Assembly (NCBI GenBank): GCA_038237845.1
Contig: JBBRYH010000013.1
Location: 5,454 to 69,453, forward strand
Source of the DNA: Bacteroidia bacterium
GTDB lineage: Bacteria > Bacteroidota > Bacteroidia > Palsa-965
Direction of reading: 5' to 3'
DNA: 64,000 bases
This document shows positions 49,111 to 59,849 of the stretch, piece after piece. The number at the start of each line of letters is the position of its first letter. The stretch's first letter is position 1. The translations under genes were made by a program, and so were the position numbers. The notes below the pieces were generated by a model. That model made no database searches. It was given only the letters and a program-made list of their open reading frames with translations, and was not told where the DNA came from.

Positions 49111-49992
49111 ATGAAAGTTGCTATTTACGGCCGAATAACGGATCGAAATCTGCCTCCCATTTTACAGGGGCTCTTTGACAAACTGGAAAAAAACGGTTGT
49201 GAACTTTTAATCGGCACCGAGTATTTTAAGTATCTCGAATCTCAATTTACACTTGGGAAAAAGATAAAAGCATTAGATGATTTTAATGCAATCAGAGGTC
49301 AGGCAGATTTTTTATTGAGCTTGGGTGGAGACGGAACGATTCTGGAAACTATTATTTATGTGCGCAATTCTGGAATACCAATTCTGGGAATTAACACAGG
49401 GAGATTAGGGTTTTTAGCAGGCGTTACAGTGGAAGAAGCAGTTGAGCATGCTGTAGAGCGATTGAAAGAAAGAAAATTTTCAATTGATAAACGTTCCTTG
49501 CTGAAACTCGAAACCAAAAAGAACCTATTTGGAGAAATCAATTTTGCTTTGAATGAATTTACTGTTCAGCGAAAAACTTCTTCAGCCATGATGACGATTC
49601 ACACTTCTATCAATGGGGAATTTTTGAATTCTTATTGGGCAGATGGATTGATTATTTCAACACCAACAGGATCAACGGCCTATTCTTTAAGTTGTGGAGG
49701 ACCTTTGATGGTGCCTGAAGCTAAAAGTTTTGTTATAACACCACTTTCACCACACAATCTCAACGTACGACCACTGATTATTCCCGAAGACAGTATCATT
49801 TCACTTCGTGTAGAAGGAAGAAGTTCAGAACATCTTGCAACACTCGATGCGCGATCAGAAATTTTTACAGAAGAAGTTGAACTGACCATCCGTAAAGAAG
49901 ATTTTAAAATCAGTCTAGTTCGTTTCAGCGATCATCATTTCTTCAATACAATACGTGAAAAATTGATCTGGGGTCACGACGCTAGAAATTAG
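49111..49992 (+). CDS. nadK: NAD kinase
   Basis: LGGDGTIL motif, TPTGSTAYSLSCGGP motif, 293 aa. Confidence 0.9.
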   Translation: MKVAIYGRITDRNLPPILQGLFDKLEKNGCELLIGTEYFKYLESQFTLGKKIKALDDFNAIRGQADFLLSLGGDGTILETIIYVRNSGIPILGINTGRLGFLAGVTVEEAVEHAVERLKERKFSIDKRSLLKLETKKNLFGEINFALNEFTVQRKTSSAMMTIHTSINGEFLNSYWADGLIISTPTGSTAYSLSCGGPLMVPEAKSFVITPLSPHNLNVRPLIIPEDSIISLRVEGRSSEHLATLDARSEIFTEEVELTIRKEDFKISLVRFSDHHFFNTIREKLIWGHDARN

Positions 49993-50311
49993 CATTTTCG
50001 ACTTCTTTTTAGGATCAGCCAAAAGCACCCAAAACCGTTATTATATTCTTCAACTTTTACACCTTTGGACGACTTACAATGTGAATCCAAAATGTAATTT
50101 TATTGAATTTGTGTAATACATTGATATCCAGTTTACAAGATGCTAATAAGTGTTCAAAAATCTTACTCACTAAGGATGTTAAATTGAGATTACGAAAGGG
50201 CAAAACGGCTATATTTGCAACTATCAAAAAAAGACATACCAATTCTGATAAATAAGCGTTTTAGAATTGAAATATATTTCAGCTTGATTCGCAAAAAAAA
50301 ATGATTAAAAA

Positions 50312-51112
50312 ATGAAAAAAATTCTCTTTTTTATTTTCTTGTTTTGCTCCTCCTCACTTTTAAACGCACAGCGTTCCGATGAAATTGGAATAATGCTGGG
50401 AGGTACTTACTATATTGGAGATTTAAATCCAACAAAACATTTCAGCAGCCTAACCCGTCCTGCTGGAGGGATAATTTTTCGTCACAATTTGAACATGCGA
50501 TTTGCCTTGGCAGGTTCCATTTTATTCGGAAGTGTACAAGGGATTGATGAACGTTCAAGTTCATTTGAACAACAACAAAGAAATTTAAGTTTTCGCTCTA
50601 CGATCTATGAATTAGCAGTTCGTGGAGAATTTAATTTCATTGAATACAAAATTGGCGTCGATAAGCATCAATTCACTCCCTTTATGTTCCTAGGAGTAGG
50701 TGTTTTTGATATGAATCCAAAAGCCTCATTTGGAAATCAATGGGTTCCCTTACAACCTTTACATACCGAAGGACAAACAAAAGCGTATTCAAAAATTCAA
50801 ATGGCAATTCCATTTGGCGCAGGAGTTCGCGTAAATCTTGCTAAGAGAATTGGTTTAGTAGCAGAGTGGGGCATGCGCAAAACTTTTACAGATTACATTG
50901 ATGATGTAAGTACCGTTTATGCAAACCCAGCAGACCTTGCAACCTATGGAGCTCTTTCGGCTGCTGTTGCCGATAGAAGTAATGTTGGAGCAGCAAACAT
51001 CGGTCGTCAGCGTGGAAATCCTAGAAATAAAGATTGGTATTCATTTGCGGGAATTACCCTGACGTTTCAATTAGCTGACAAACCGCACAAGTGTTCAGCA
51101 TATCAATACTAG
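50312..51112 (+). CDS. outer-membrane beta-barrel protein (DUF6089-like), conserved upstream of uppS in Flavobacteriia
   Basis: Signal peptide ending in NAQ and an alternating beta-strand pattern. The position between nadK and uppS matches the synteny I recall. Confidence 0.55.
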   Translation: MKKILFFIFLFCSSSLLNAQRSDEIGIMLGGTYYIGDLNPTKHFSSLTRPAGGIIFRHNLNMRFALAGSILFGSVQGIDERSSSFEQQQRNLSFRSTIYELAVRGEFNFIEYKIGVDKHQFTPFMFLGVGVFDMNPKASFGNQWVPLQPLHTEGQTKAYSKIQMAIPFGAGVRVNLAKRIGLVAEWGMRKTFTDYIDDVSTVYANPADLATYGALSAAVADRSNVGAANIGRQRGNPRNKDWYSFAGITLTFQLADKPHKCSAYQY

Positions 51113-51121
51113 AGGAATTTT

Positions 51122-51922
51122 GTGGTGATGAGCCTGAAAGAAAAAATTGACACTTCGCGATTGCCAAAACATGTGGCTGTGATAATGGACGGAAACGGAC
51201 GTTGGGCGCAGCAACAGGGAAAAGTGCGTGTCTTTGGACATCAAAGTGGTGTTACTGCTGTGCGAGAAACTTCAGAAGCTGCGGCAGAATTAGGAGTAGA
51301 GTTTTTAACGCTTTATGCATTCTCAACTGAGAACTGGAATAGACCTAAAGAAGAAGTGGATGCATTAATGGAATTATTAGTTCATACCATTCACGCTGAA
51401 ACTGAAACACTGAATAAAAATAATATTCGTCTTGCTACTATTGGTGACACAGAAAGTTTACCAGAAGCTTGTCGCAAAGAATTAGACGAAGCAATTGCCA
51501 ATACATCTAAAAACACTCGGATGACTTTAGTGCTTGCTTTGAGTTACAGTTCGAGATGGGAAATAATTGAAGCAACGAAAAAAATTGCAAAACAAGTAGC
51601 AGAAGGAAAATTGGCGGTAACAAACATTGATGCGGATTGTATTTCAAAATATTTAAATACTTCAGCATTTCCTGATCCGGAATTACTCATTCGCACGAGT
51701 GGTGAACATCGTGTAAGTAATTTTTTACTTTGGCAAATTGCCTATTCTGAATTTTATTTCACCGAAACATTATGGCCCGATTTTGATAAAGAAGAATTTT
51801 ATAAAGCGATTCTCGATTATCAAACGCGTGAACGTAGATTCGGCAAAACAAGCGCACAGCTTGATGCAACATTAACAGCACTCACCGGCGGAACTTCCAC
51901 TGGTGATCACATTACCCGCTAA
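51122..51922 (+). CDS. uppS: isoprenyl transferase / undecaprenyl diphosphate synthase
   Basis: HVAVIMDGNGRWA, FSTENWNRP and RTSGEHRVSNFLLWQ signatures. The ATG at 51128 is the likely start. Confidence 0.9.
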   Translation: MVMSLKEKIDTSRLPKHVAVIMDGNGRWAQQQGKVRVFGHQSGVTAVRETSEAAAELGVEFLTLYAFSTENWNRPKEEVDALMELLVHTIHAETETLNKNNIRLATIGDTESLPEACRKELDEAIANTSKNTRMTLVLALSYSSRWEIIEATKKIAKQVAEGKLAVTNIDADCISKYLNTSAFPDPELLIRTSGEHRVSNFLLWQIAYSEFYFTETLWPDFDKEEFYKAILDYQTRERRFGKTSAQLDATLTALTGGTSTGDHITR

Positions 51923-51936
51923 TTGGCGGATTCGAT

Positions 51937-54423
51937 ATGAAAAAAGTATTTTTTGCATTCATTTTTATTCTATTCGCTCGTAGCATTGCTGCGCAGTCTA
52001 CCATCATTGACTATACAAAGGTGAATGACTATACACTCGTTGCTGTTTATGTGCATGGTTGTCATCTGGTTGATTCCAATGTTGTACGCTTAATTTCCGG
52101 TTTACCAATCGGGGATAAAATTTCTGTACCAGGAGAAAAAGTTGCAAGTGCAATTGACAATCTCTGGAAGGAAGCCATGTTTGAAGATCTTACAATTGAA
52201 GTGGCAAAAATTGAAGGCGAATATATTTGGTTAGATATTATTGTTGTTGAAAAACCAAAAGTTTTTGGAGTTGATTATTCCCATTCTCCAACACATCTAA
52301 AGAAAAGTGAGATTGAAGATTTGAATAAAAAAATCGGATCGCTTTCTGGACTAATGTTGACAGAATACCGCAAACGTCATATCATCGAAACCTGCAATGA
52401 ACATTTTGTTGCAGATGGTTATATGAATTGCACTACTTCACTTGTTGAATTGCCAGATGCTGAACATCCTGGAATTGTAAAACTTCAAATCAATATCAAC
52501 AAAGGAAAAAAAGTAAAAATTGAAAATCTTGTTATTACTGGAAATAAAGATTTTAAAACTGGAAAAGTTCGACGCAGTTTGAAAGACACAAAACAAAAGC
52601 GTTGGTACACATTCTTTAAGTCATCAAAATATCTCGAAGAAAATCTGGAGAAAGACGAAGCGAAATTATTGGCAAAATATAGTAAGAAAGGATATCGTGA
52701 TGCAAGGATTGTTCGTGATACTGTTTATCCATCACCTGATCAGCCAAATCGTGTTATTGTTGAAATAACAATTTCAGAAGGACACATCTACAAATTCGGA
52801 AACATCAATTGGATCGGAAATACAAAATATTCTTCTGAGCAGTTAAATGATCGTCTTGGAATTAAGAAAGGTGATATTTATAATCAAGAACAATTGGAAT
52901 CACGCTTGTTCATGAGTGCCCAGGGAAACGATGTAAGTTCATTGTACATGGATGACGGTTATTTGTTTTTTCAGGTAAACCCTGTGGAGGTAAATGTGCA
53001 TGGCGATTCTATCGATTATGAAATGCGTGTTTACGAAGGACGTCAAGCAACTATAAGAAATGTAACCATCGTTGGAAATACGAAAACAAATGACAAAATT
53101 ATCATGCGTGAAATTCGTACGCGTCCAGGTCAACTGTTCCGTCGTTCTGATGTTATTCGTTCACAAAGAGAATTAGCGTCTTTAGGATTTTTTGATCCGG
53201 AAAAAATTGAAATCAATCCAAAGCCAAATCCATATGACGGTACAGTTGATATTGAATATCGTGTTGTAGAACGTCCTTCAGACCAAGTTGAACTTTCCGG
53301 TGGATGGGGTGCGAATCGTATTGTGGGAACTCTTGGTGTCTCGTTTAATAATTTTTCTACAAAAAACATTCTTGATCGTACGGCATGGCGTCCTCTTCCT
53401 TCCGGCGATGGACAAAAATTAAGTATCCGTGCACAATCAAACGGATTATATTTCCAATCCTATAATGCTTCCTTCACAGAGCCATGGTTGGGAGGTAAAA
53501 AACCAAATTCACTTTCTGTTACACTTTATCGTTCGGTGCAATCCAATGGTTTGAAATCGAGTGATGAAAATCGTCAGGATGTAAAAATCACAGGAGCTTC
53601 CGTTGGATTTGGAATGCGTTTGAAACGACCAGATGACTTTTTCCAGTTGTATCAAGAGGTAACTTATCAATATTATGATTTGAATCACTTCACTTCTGTT
53701 TTTGCATTCTCTGATGGGTATTCCAATAACTTAAGTTATCGTGTTACCTTAAATAGAAATTCTACGGATCAACAGATTTATCCAAGAAGCGGATCGGATA
53801 TCAAAATTATCGGTCAGTTTACTCCACCTTATTCGCTGTTTAATAACAAAGATTACTCCACCCTTTCCGTTCAGGAGCGTTATCGATTTGTAGAATATTA
53901 CAAATGGAAATTTACTTCTTCTTGGTACACTCGTTTAGTAGGAAACCTTGTTTTGAATACACGTGTTGGTTTCGGTTACCTTGGAATGTATAATCAGGAA
54001 GTTGGATTATCTCCTTTTGAACGTTTTTATCTTGGTGGTAGCGGTTTAACGGGATATGCATTGGATGGTCGTGAAATTATTGCTGATCGAGGATATGATG
54101 ATCAATCATTGACAGCATCCAGAACAGGATCGCCAATTATTGCAAAATATACATGGGAACTTCGTTACCCAGTTTCATTGAATCCAAGTGCTACTGTTTA
54201 CGGACTTGCCTTTGTTGAAGCAGGAAATACATGGAATTCAGTTAAGGCTTTTAATCCTTTTGATGTATACCGTTCAGCAGGAGCAGGTGTCCGTGTATTC
54301 CTTCCAATGTTTGGTTTATTAGGACTTGATTGGGGTTATCGTTTTGATGATGTTCCTTCGGCACCATTTATGCAAAAATCACAAGTTCACTTTACAATTG
54401 GAATGAATCTTGGAGAACTCTAA
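51937..54423 (+). CDS. bamA: outer-membrane protein assembly factor BamA
   Basis: 828 aa. Signal peptide, multiple POTRA units (ITGNKDFKTGKVRR; IVGNTKTNDKIIMREI) and an Omp85 barrel with a C-terminal aromatic-rich segment. Confidence 0.9.
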   Translation: MKKVFFAFIFILFARSIAAQSTIIDYTKVNDYTLVAVYVHGCHLVDSNVVRLISGLPIGDKISVPGEKVASAIDNLWKEAMFEDLTIEVAKIEGEYIWLDIIVVEKPKVFGVDYSHSPTHLKKSEIEDLNKKIGSLSGLMLTEYRKRHIIETCNEHFVADGYMNCTTSLVELPDAEHPGIVKLQININKGKKVKIENLVITGNKDFKTGKVRRSLKDTKQKRWYTFFKSSKYLEENLEKDEAKLLAKYSKKGYRDARIVRDTVYPSPDQPNRVIVEITISEGHIYKFGNINWIGNTKYSSEQLNDRLGIKKGDIYNQEQLESRLFMSAQGNDVSSLYMDDGYLFFQVNPVEVNVHGDSIDYEMRVYEGRQATIRNVTIVGNTKTNDKIIMREIRTRPGQLFRRSDVIRSQRELASLGFFDPEKIEINPKPNPYDGTVDIEYRVVERPSDQVELSGGWGANRIVGTLGVSFNNFSTKNILDRTAWRPLPSGDGQKLSIRAQSNGLYFQSYNASFTEPWLGGKKPNSLSVTLYRSVQSNGLKSSDENRQDVKITGASVGFGMRLKRPDDFFQLYQEVTYQYYDLNHFTSVFAFSDGYSNNLSYRVTLNRNSTDQQIYPRSGSDIKIIGQFTPPYSLFNNKDYSTLSVQERYRFVEYYKWKFTSSWYTRLVGNLVLNTRVGFGYLGMYNQEVGLSPFERFYLGGSGLTGYALDGREIIADRGYDDQSLTASRTGSPIIAKYTWELRYPVSLNPSATVYGLAFVEAGNTWNSVKAFNPFDVYRSAGAGVRVFLPMFGLLGLDWGYRFDDVPSAPFMQKSQVHFTIGMNLGEL

Positions 54424-54493
54424 TGATCTAAATATTGTACTTTAGCGCCGCCTTTTGCGGGTTTATTGTCATCAACCGAATAAAAACAGCAAA

Positions 54494-55042
54494 ATGAAAC
54501 AGAAAATTATCGCTTCTTTAATTGCGTTTATCGCTTTAACAGGTTTTGTGAATGCACAAAAATTCTGTTTTGTAGACACCGATTATATTCTTAATCAAAG
54601 TTCTGCTTATCAATCAGCGCAGGATCAATTAAATCAATTGTCGGTAGGCTGGCAAAAGGAAGTAGAAGGAAAATATGCAGAGATTGACTTGCTCTATAAA
54701 AATTTCCAACAGGAACAGCTTCTATTAACGGATGATTTGCGTCAGAAACGTGAAGCTGAAATTGTCGAAAAGGAAAAAGATGCAAAAGAATTTCAGAAAT
54801 CTAAATTTGGAGTAGACGGGGAACTTTTCAAAAAACGTCAGGAATTGGTTAAGCCAATCCAGGATCAGGTTTATAATGCCGTAAAAGAAATGGCTGACCG
54901 TGGAGGTTATGGTATTGTTTTTGACAAGGCTAGTGATATCACCATGTTATATACCAATTCAAAATATGATAAAAGCGATGACGTTCTGGAAATTTTGGGC
55001 TGGAAAAAAGCCGGAGGATCTTCAAAGCCATCAGGAAAATAA
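54494..55042 (+). CDS. OmpH/Skp family periplasmic chaperone
   Basis: The ATG at 54494 gives the signal peptide MKQKIIASLIAFIALTGFVNAQ. Coiled-coil, Gln/Glu/Lys-rich body. Sits directly downstream of bamA. Confidence 0.8.
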   Translation: MKQKIIASLIAFIALTGFVNAQKFCFVDTDYILNQSSAYQSAQDQLNQLSVGWQKEVEGKYAEIDLLYKNFQQEQLLLTDDLRQKREAEIVEKEKDAKEFQKSKFGVDGELFKKRQELVKPIQDQVYNAVKEMADRGGYGIVFDKASDITMLYTNSKYDKSDDVLEILGWKKAGGSSKPSGK

Positions 55043-55099
55043 TAAATTTAATACTAATCAATAAACAAGCAACCAACCACACATCAACATAATTCTAAT

Positions 55100-55669
55100 A
55101 TGAAAAAGTATCTCTTAATCGCTGTTGCAGCTCTTTTACTTGTATCAGTCCCGAAGACTTCAAATGCTCAAACAAAAGCATCTCCTACAACTGTAGCCCA
55201 CATTAACCTTGATTCGCTTTTGGATATCATGCCCGCTTTTAAAAAGGCAAGCGATTCTGCGCAACTTTTCTACGGCCAATTGGAACAGATGATGTACCAA
55301 ATGAATCTTGAATTGCAACGTAAAGGCAATGAATACGATTCTTTGAATAAATCATGGAGCCCACCGATCAAAGCCATCAAAGAAAAAGAAATCACTGATT
55401 TACAGCAACGAATTCAGGATTTCCAGCAAACCGCTCAGGATTCTTACACACAACGTCGTACAGAATTGCTGGTTCCTATTTTTGAAACCATCCAAAAAGC
55501 AGTAAAAGATGTAGCGCTTGCTAAAGGATATAAATATGTTTTAGATAGCAGCAAATCGGCAACCGTTGTACTTTATGCAGCCGACAGTGATGATATCTTT
55601 ACGGATGTGAGAATAAAATTAGGAATTCCATTACCTGCTACACCAGCACCAAAAACTCCTGGTCACTAA
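55100..55669 (+). CDS. OmpH/Skp family periplasmic chaperone (second copy)
   Basis: Signal peptide ending in NAQ and the same coiled-coil architecture. Confidence 0.8.
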   Translation: MKKYLLIAVAALLLVSVPKTSNAQTKASPTTVAHINLDSLLDIMPAFKKASDSAQLFYGQLEQMMYQMNLELQRKGNEYDSLNKSWSPPIKAIKEKEITDLQQRIQDFQQTAQDSYTQRRTELLVPIFETIQKAVKDVALAKGYKYVLDSSKSATVVLYAADSDDIFTDVRIKLGIPLPATPAPKTPGH

Positions 55670-55691
55670 TCGTTTTTGATAACGTCTTTTT

Positions 55692-55732
55692 CAAATCCCG
55701 AAAACTGAAAGGTTTTTGGGATTTGATTTTTT
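55692..55732 (+). terminator. rho-independent terminator ending the uppS-bamA-skp operon
   Basis: 14-bp stem caaatcccgaaaac / gtttttgggatttg (one G-U pair), a 6-nt loop, then ATTTTTT. Confidence 0.7.
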
Positions 55733-55746
55733 CGGAACTTTGTTAA

Positions 55747-56541
55747 ATGCATGAAATGAAATCTAATGCAATCGGTGTTTTTGATTCTGGAATCGGAGGA
55801 GTGAGTGTACTTCGTGTGATTCGTGAATTGTTGCCGCATGAAGATTTGATTTATTTTGGCGATAATGCGCATATGCCCTATGGAGAAAAATCCTTAGATG
55901 AAATTCAACTTCTTTCTGAAAACGTCACGAATTTTCTGCTTGAAAAAAAATGTAAAATAATTGTCATTGCATGTAATACAGCTTCTGCTTCAGCCCTAAA
56001 ACATTTACGCCTTATTCATCCACAAGTAAGTTTTGTTGGAATGGAACCAGCAGTAAAACCTGCTGCGGAACAAACACAAAGTGGTGTAGTTGGAGTAATT
56101 GCGACGACAGCAACTTTTCAAGGAGAATTATTTGCGAGTGTTGTAGAAAGATTCGCAAAGAGCGTCACAGTTTTGAAACAGCCTTGTCCCGGGTTGGTCC
56201 AGCAGATAGAAGAAGGTAAAGTCCAAAATGCTGATACCGAAAAAATGTTGCGCGGTTGGTTAGAGCCAATGATGGAAAAAAATATTGATACGCTTGTTTT
56301 AGCTTGTACACATTATCCATTTGTGGTACCTATGCTTCGGAAAATTTTGGGTGAAAAAGTAGCCATTATAGATCCAGCTCCTGCGGTAGCAAAACAAGTA
56401 AAAAAAATCCTTGAGGAGAAAAAATTATTGAACGAAGCGGGCGGAACGATAACCTATTTTACAAGCGGAGATGTCAAACATTTTTCGGATACGTTTTTTA
56501 TGTTGACAGGAAAAAATATCATCGTATCGAAACCTGATTAG
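55747..56541 (+). CDS. murI: glutamate racemase
   Basis: IGVFDSGIGGVSVL, IVIACNTASA and LVLACTHYP signatures. Confidence 0.9.
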   Translation: MHEMKSNAIGVFDSGIGGVSVLRVIRELLPHEDLIYFGDNAHMPYGEKSLDEIQLLSENVTNFLLEKKCKIIVIACNTASASALKHLRLIHPQVSFVGMEPAVKPAAEQTQSGVVGVIATTATFQGELFASVVERFAKSVTVLKQPCPGLVQQIEEGKVQNADTEKMLRGWLEPMMEKNIDTLVLACTHYPFVVPMLRKILGEKVAIIDPAPAVAKQVKKILEEKKLLNEAGGTITYFTSGDVKHFSDTFFMLTGKNIIVSKPD

Positions 56542-56631
56542 TCTAACTTTAATTTCATGATTTTTCCAAAATCTAGAAAAGATTTCTGCTTAACATTTTT
56601 GCAGAAAAGTAATTCTTATTATCAGATTTAA

Positions 56632-57144
56632 TTATTTAAACCAGCTGGAATACATTACGTAATTATTCGCAATACGTTCAACTTCTCCTTTTTGAAGCTC
56701 GGAAGAAATATCTTTAATCTTTCTTGCAGGAATACCTGCATAAACACTATTGGGTTCACACTTCATACGCTCCGTTACTACACTTCCTGCTCCAATAATT
56801 GTATTACTGCCCACTTCTGCATTATCCATAATGATCGCACCCATTCCAATAAGTACGTTGTCATGTAAAGTACATCCATGCACCAAGGCATTATGGCCAA
56901 TTGATACGTTATCTCCAATTACAACTTTTGTCTTTTGATAAGTACAATGAATTACCGCGCCATCCTGCACATTTACTTTATTACCCAGTCGAATACTATT
57001 CACGTCACCACGAACAACGGCGTTAAACCAAAAAGAACATTGTTCGCCACAAATTACATCTCCAACAATAGTTGCGTTTTCTGCGACATAACAATCATTG
57101 CCTAACTGAGGTGTATGACCATTTACTTCTTTGATTAGCGCCAT
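56632..57144 (-). CDS. gamma carbonic anhydrase family protein (left-handed beta-helix, YrdA/PaaY-like)
   Basis: 170 aa. Hexapeptide repeats and conserved His residues (VIHCT..., GHNALVHGC). Confidence 0.85.
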   Translation of the reverse strand: MALIKEVNGHTPQLGNDCYVAENATIVGDVICGEQCSFWFNAVVRGDVNSIRLGNKVNVQDGAVIHCTYQKTKVVIGDNVSIGHNALVHGCTLHDNVLIGMGAIIMDNAEVGSNTIIGAGSVVTERMKCEPNSVYAGIPARKIKDISSELQKGEVERIANNYVMYSSWFK

Positions 57145-57171
57145 CCTTATACTTTTTGAATTTTTTGAATT

Positions 57172-57549
57172 TTATTTAGTTGAATCGGCTTTTGGTTTTG
57201 GCTGGCAACAAGCAGGCAAATCACGTTGGGCACGATTATTTGCTTTAACATCATCAGCATCATATCCGATTTCGGCAAGTGCTTTTCTGAGTTTATCCGG
57301 CGAAGTTTTTTTAGTAATATATTCTACCGTCACATCTTTGGTTGCAACATCAAGAGTTACCTTTTTTACTCCCGACATTTTTCCAAGGGTAGATTCAATT
57401 TTTTCCTTACACATATCACATTCACCGCTTGTTTTAATAACAACCGTTGCGGTTTTGGAAGGACTTGCTGGGTTTTGCGCCTTTAAATTCACAAAAGAAA
57501 ATAACGCGAGAACAAGGGTAAGTAGGGTGATGTTTTTTAGATTTTTCAT
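57172..57549 (-). CDS. secreted heavy-metal-associated (HMA) domain protein
   Basis: Signal peptide. SGECDMCKEKIE CxxC metal-binding loop in a ferredoxin-like HMA fold. Extra C-terminal CC pair (PACCQPKPK). Confidence 0.8.
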   Translation of the reverse strand: MKNLKNITLLTLVLALFSFVNLKAQNPASPSKTATVVIKTSGECDMCKEKIESTLGKMSGVKKVTLDVATKDVTVEYITKKTSPDKLRKALAEIGYDADDVKANNRAQRDLPACCQPKPKADSTK

Positions 57550-57584
57550 TTTGTTTTATTATTGGTTGAAGATAGTTTGTTTAT

Positions 57585-59789
57585 TTAAATTTTAAATCGA
57601 AGTCCTCCATAAATAACGCGACCATCTGTTGGACCGTATACCTGAGAAGCATCAAAATGTGGGCCGAAAGGATCAATTGCATCAATAATCGGATTAAGTT
57701 GCATAAAATTTAGGATATTTTCTACTCCTACATAAAGATCCATTCGACGAAATTTTCTAGTAACGTGAGTTCCTAGTAGGAAAAAAGAAGCGCTTTGTTT
57801 TTCTGGATAAAGATAGCTCTGCGGAAGCCTTGTTGGTCCCATCCATTTAGTAGTAAAATCGAATGACCACTTATCATATTTTGTTGCATATGCCAAATTT
57901 AAAAATGCACGGTGTGAAGGAGTGAGTGGTTTTTGTTTCAAAACTCCTGAATAAGTAGTTTTGACTTCATAATATTTATAAGCAATTCGAACATCAAATC
58001 GTTTTATAGGTTGAAGGGTGAGGTCAGCCTGAAAACTATTTGCAAAGGAAAGACCATCTAGATTATAAATTTTTAATAGGCCTTGAGTTTCCATATCAAT
58101 CACAACTTGATTAATAAAATCAGTCCTAAAAAAATCGACAACAAATGTTGCGTCATTTTTCAAAAATTTAAATTTCTGTTGAATACTTCCTCCATAGTTC
58201 CAAGCAATCTCTGCATTCAGTTTTTCGGAAATGATCAATTGACGGGAACTAGCAAATACACTTGAGTTTTCTGTAAAAATATTTGAAGTACGGAAACCTT
58301 TTCCTGCTGAAAGTCGCAAAGCAGTGGTTGGCGTAATGTCGTACTTCATATGTAATCTAGGAGTTACTTGAAACCCTGCAGTAGAATGTAAATCGCCACG
58401 AATTCCGGCAACTACTGTAAACTTTGAAGTCAGATGTCCTGTATATTCTGCAAATATTCCGGGAACAGTTTCCGTACGGTTGAATGTTGAATCATTAAAC
58501 TTTTCATGGTAACTATCATATAGAAAACTGAATCCTGTTTTATACATGTGATTGGTATTTCCAATCATATCTTGCCAGATAGCATTCAAATAAATACTTT
58601 GCTGTTCTGCTTTGTACGTTTTTAGTCCAAAGAACATATCTTCCTGATGCAAACGTGCAGAGAACATTGTTCCTATACTTCTTGCTGGTGCCTTAAAAAC
58701 AAATCCTGTTTTATTAAATATTTCTGCTTGTTTATTTTTTACACCAACACCATAAAATTGTGTTCCACCAAAATCGCGTGCTTTTTCAAAACTTCCTTGC
58801 CCACCGATTTTATCATCATAAACAAATCGTGCACCAAATTCTCCTTGAGCTGGGCCTTTGCTTATCCAATTCCATCTGTTCAATACATTGTATTGTGTAT
58901 ACAATGGCATATCCAGAAATCCATCGTGATTGTTATCACTTTTCAGTTGTAGTGTGCTGGCATGGGTCAATAAAGTAGTTCCCCAGTTCGGATTAATTTT
59001 TTTGTTCAAATGAAAATTAGCTTCCGCTCTTCCGAAATTATTTCCATAAAAATTCGCAAAAAATTTATCTGCTCCTTCTTCAGGTTTTAATAAATCAATA
59101 TTTAATTGCCCTGCGATGGATTCATATCCATTCACAACAGAACCAGTTCCTTTTGTAATTAGAATCCCCTTGATCCACGTTCCTGGAACATATGAAAGTC
59201 CATAGGAAGAAGAGAGTCCGCGAATAAGTGGCAGGTTTTCAAAAAGAATTTGTGAGTAAACACCATCAAGTCCCAAAAGTTGAATTTTTTTCGCTCCTGA
59301 AACGGCATCTGTAACTGCAGCATCAACTGTTGGATTTGTTTCAAAACTTTCCGAGAGATTGCAACACGCTGCTTTTCTCAAACCTACAGTAGTTATATTT
59401 TCTGCCATAATCGGATTGATAAAAGAAAATTCTGAAGCATCTCTTTTATCACTGATCGTAACCGTTTCTAGGGAAGGGCCTTCAATCAAATCGACTTTGA
59501 TCTGATTCGGATTTTTTCCGGTGAAGACAATTCCTTTGCTTTTAAATCCGGTGCAACGAACAATTAAGGTGGCAGGGAAGGAATCTGGCCAGGCAAGAAT
59601 AAAATCGCCCAAGGAATCTGTAGCTGTTCCTATAAGTGTATGTTCCCAAAGAACAATAGCACCCGGGACTTTTTCTTTCCCTTGTTTGGAAGTAACGGTT
59701 CCCATTAAATGGTCCATCGCATTTAAATGCGTACTTCCAAATAGAAAGAGCAGAATAAATCTGAATAAAATGTTTTTATGATTTTTCAT
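57585..59789 (-). CDS. TonB-dependent receptor with carboxypeptidase-regulatory-like N-domain
   Basis: Signal peptide. GTVTSKQGKEKVPGAIV N-domain, plug region, long beta-barrel and terminal GGLRFKI. Confidence 0.85.
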   Translation of the reverse strand: MKNHKNILFRFILLFLFGSTHLNAMDHLMGTVTSKQGKEKVPGAIVLWEHTLIGTATDSLGDFILAWPDSFPATLIVRCTGFKSKGIVFTGKNPNQIKVDLIEGPSLETVTISDKRDASEFSFINPIMAENITTVGLRKAACCNLSESFETNPTVDAAVTDAVSGAKKIQLLGLDGVYSQILFENLPLIRGLSSSYGLSYVPGTWIKGILITKGTGSVVNGYESIAGQLNIDLLKPEEGADKFFANFYGNNFGRAEANFHLNKKINPNWGTTLLTHASTLQLKSDNNHDGFLDMPLYTQYNVLNRWNWISKGPAQGEFGARFVYDDKIGGQGSFEKARDFGGTQFYGVGVKNKQAEIFNKTGFVFKAPARSIGTMFSARLHQEDMFFGLKTYKAEQQSIYLNAIWQDMIGNTNHMYKTGFSFLYDSYHEKFNDSTFNRTETVPGIFAEYTGHLTSKFTVVAGIRGDLHSTAGFQVTPRLHMKYDITPTTALRLSAGKGFRTSNIFTENSSVFASSRQLIISEKLNAEIAWNYGGSIQQKFKFLKNDATFVVDFFRTDFINQVVIDMETQGLLKIYNLDGLSFANSFQADLTLQPIKRFDVRIAYKYYEVKTTYSGVLKQKPLTPSHRAFLNLAYATKYDKWSFDFTTKWMGPTRLPQSYLYPEKQSASFFLLGTHVTRKFRRMDLYVGVENILNFMQLNPIIDAIDPFGPHFDASQVYGPTDGRVIYGGLRFKI

Positions 59790-59849
59790 ATGAATTACTT
59801 AAAAATTTATACTTCGCACTAGTTTTATAGCGAACTAAAATTCAAGTAA

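Noticed and set aside
49993-50311. 319-bp intergenic gap after nadK, examined for an ncRNA or small gene (includes the 61-aa minus ORF at 50057-50242)
   Set aside because: I could see no conserved RNA motif, stable hairpin or credible coding signal. There is only a TATATTTG box (50210-50217) consistent with a promoter for the downstream gene.
54494-55669. Tandem duplicated OmpH/Skp genes, considered as a possible novelty
   Set aside because: Two skp-like genes downstream of bamA is the usual Flavobacteriia arrangement, so this is ordinary.
57131-57595. 154-aa plus-strand ORF
   Set aside because: It is antisense to the well-supported HMA-domain gene and overlaps the ends of two neighbouring genes. 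No motifs.
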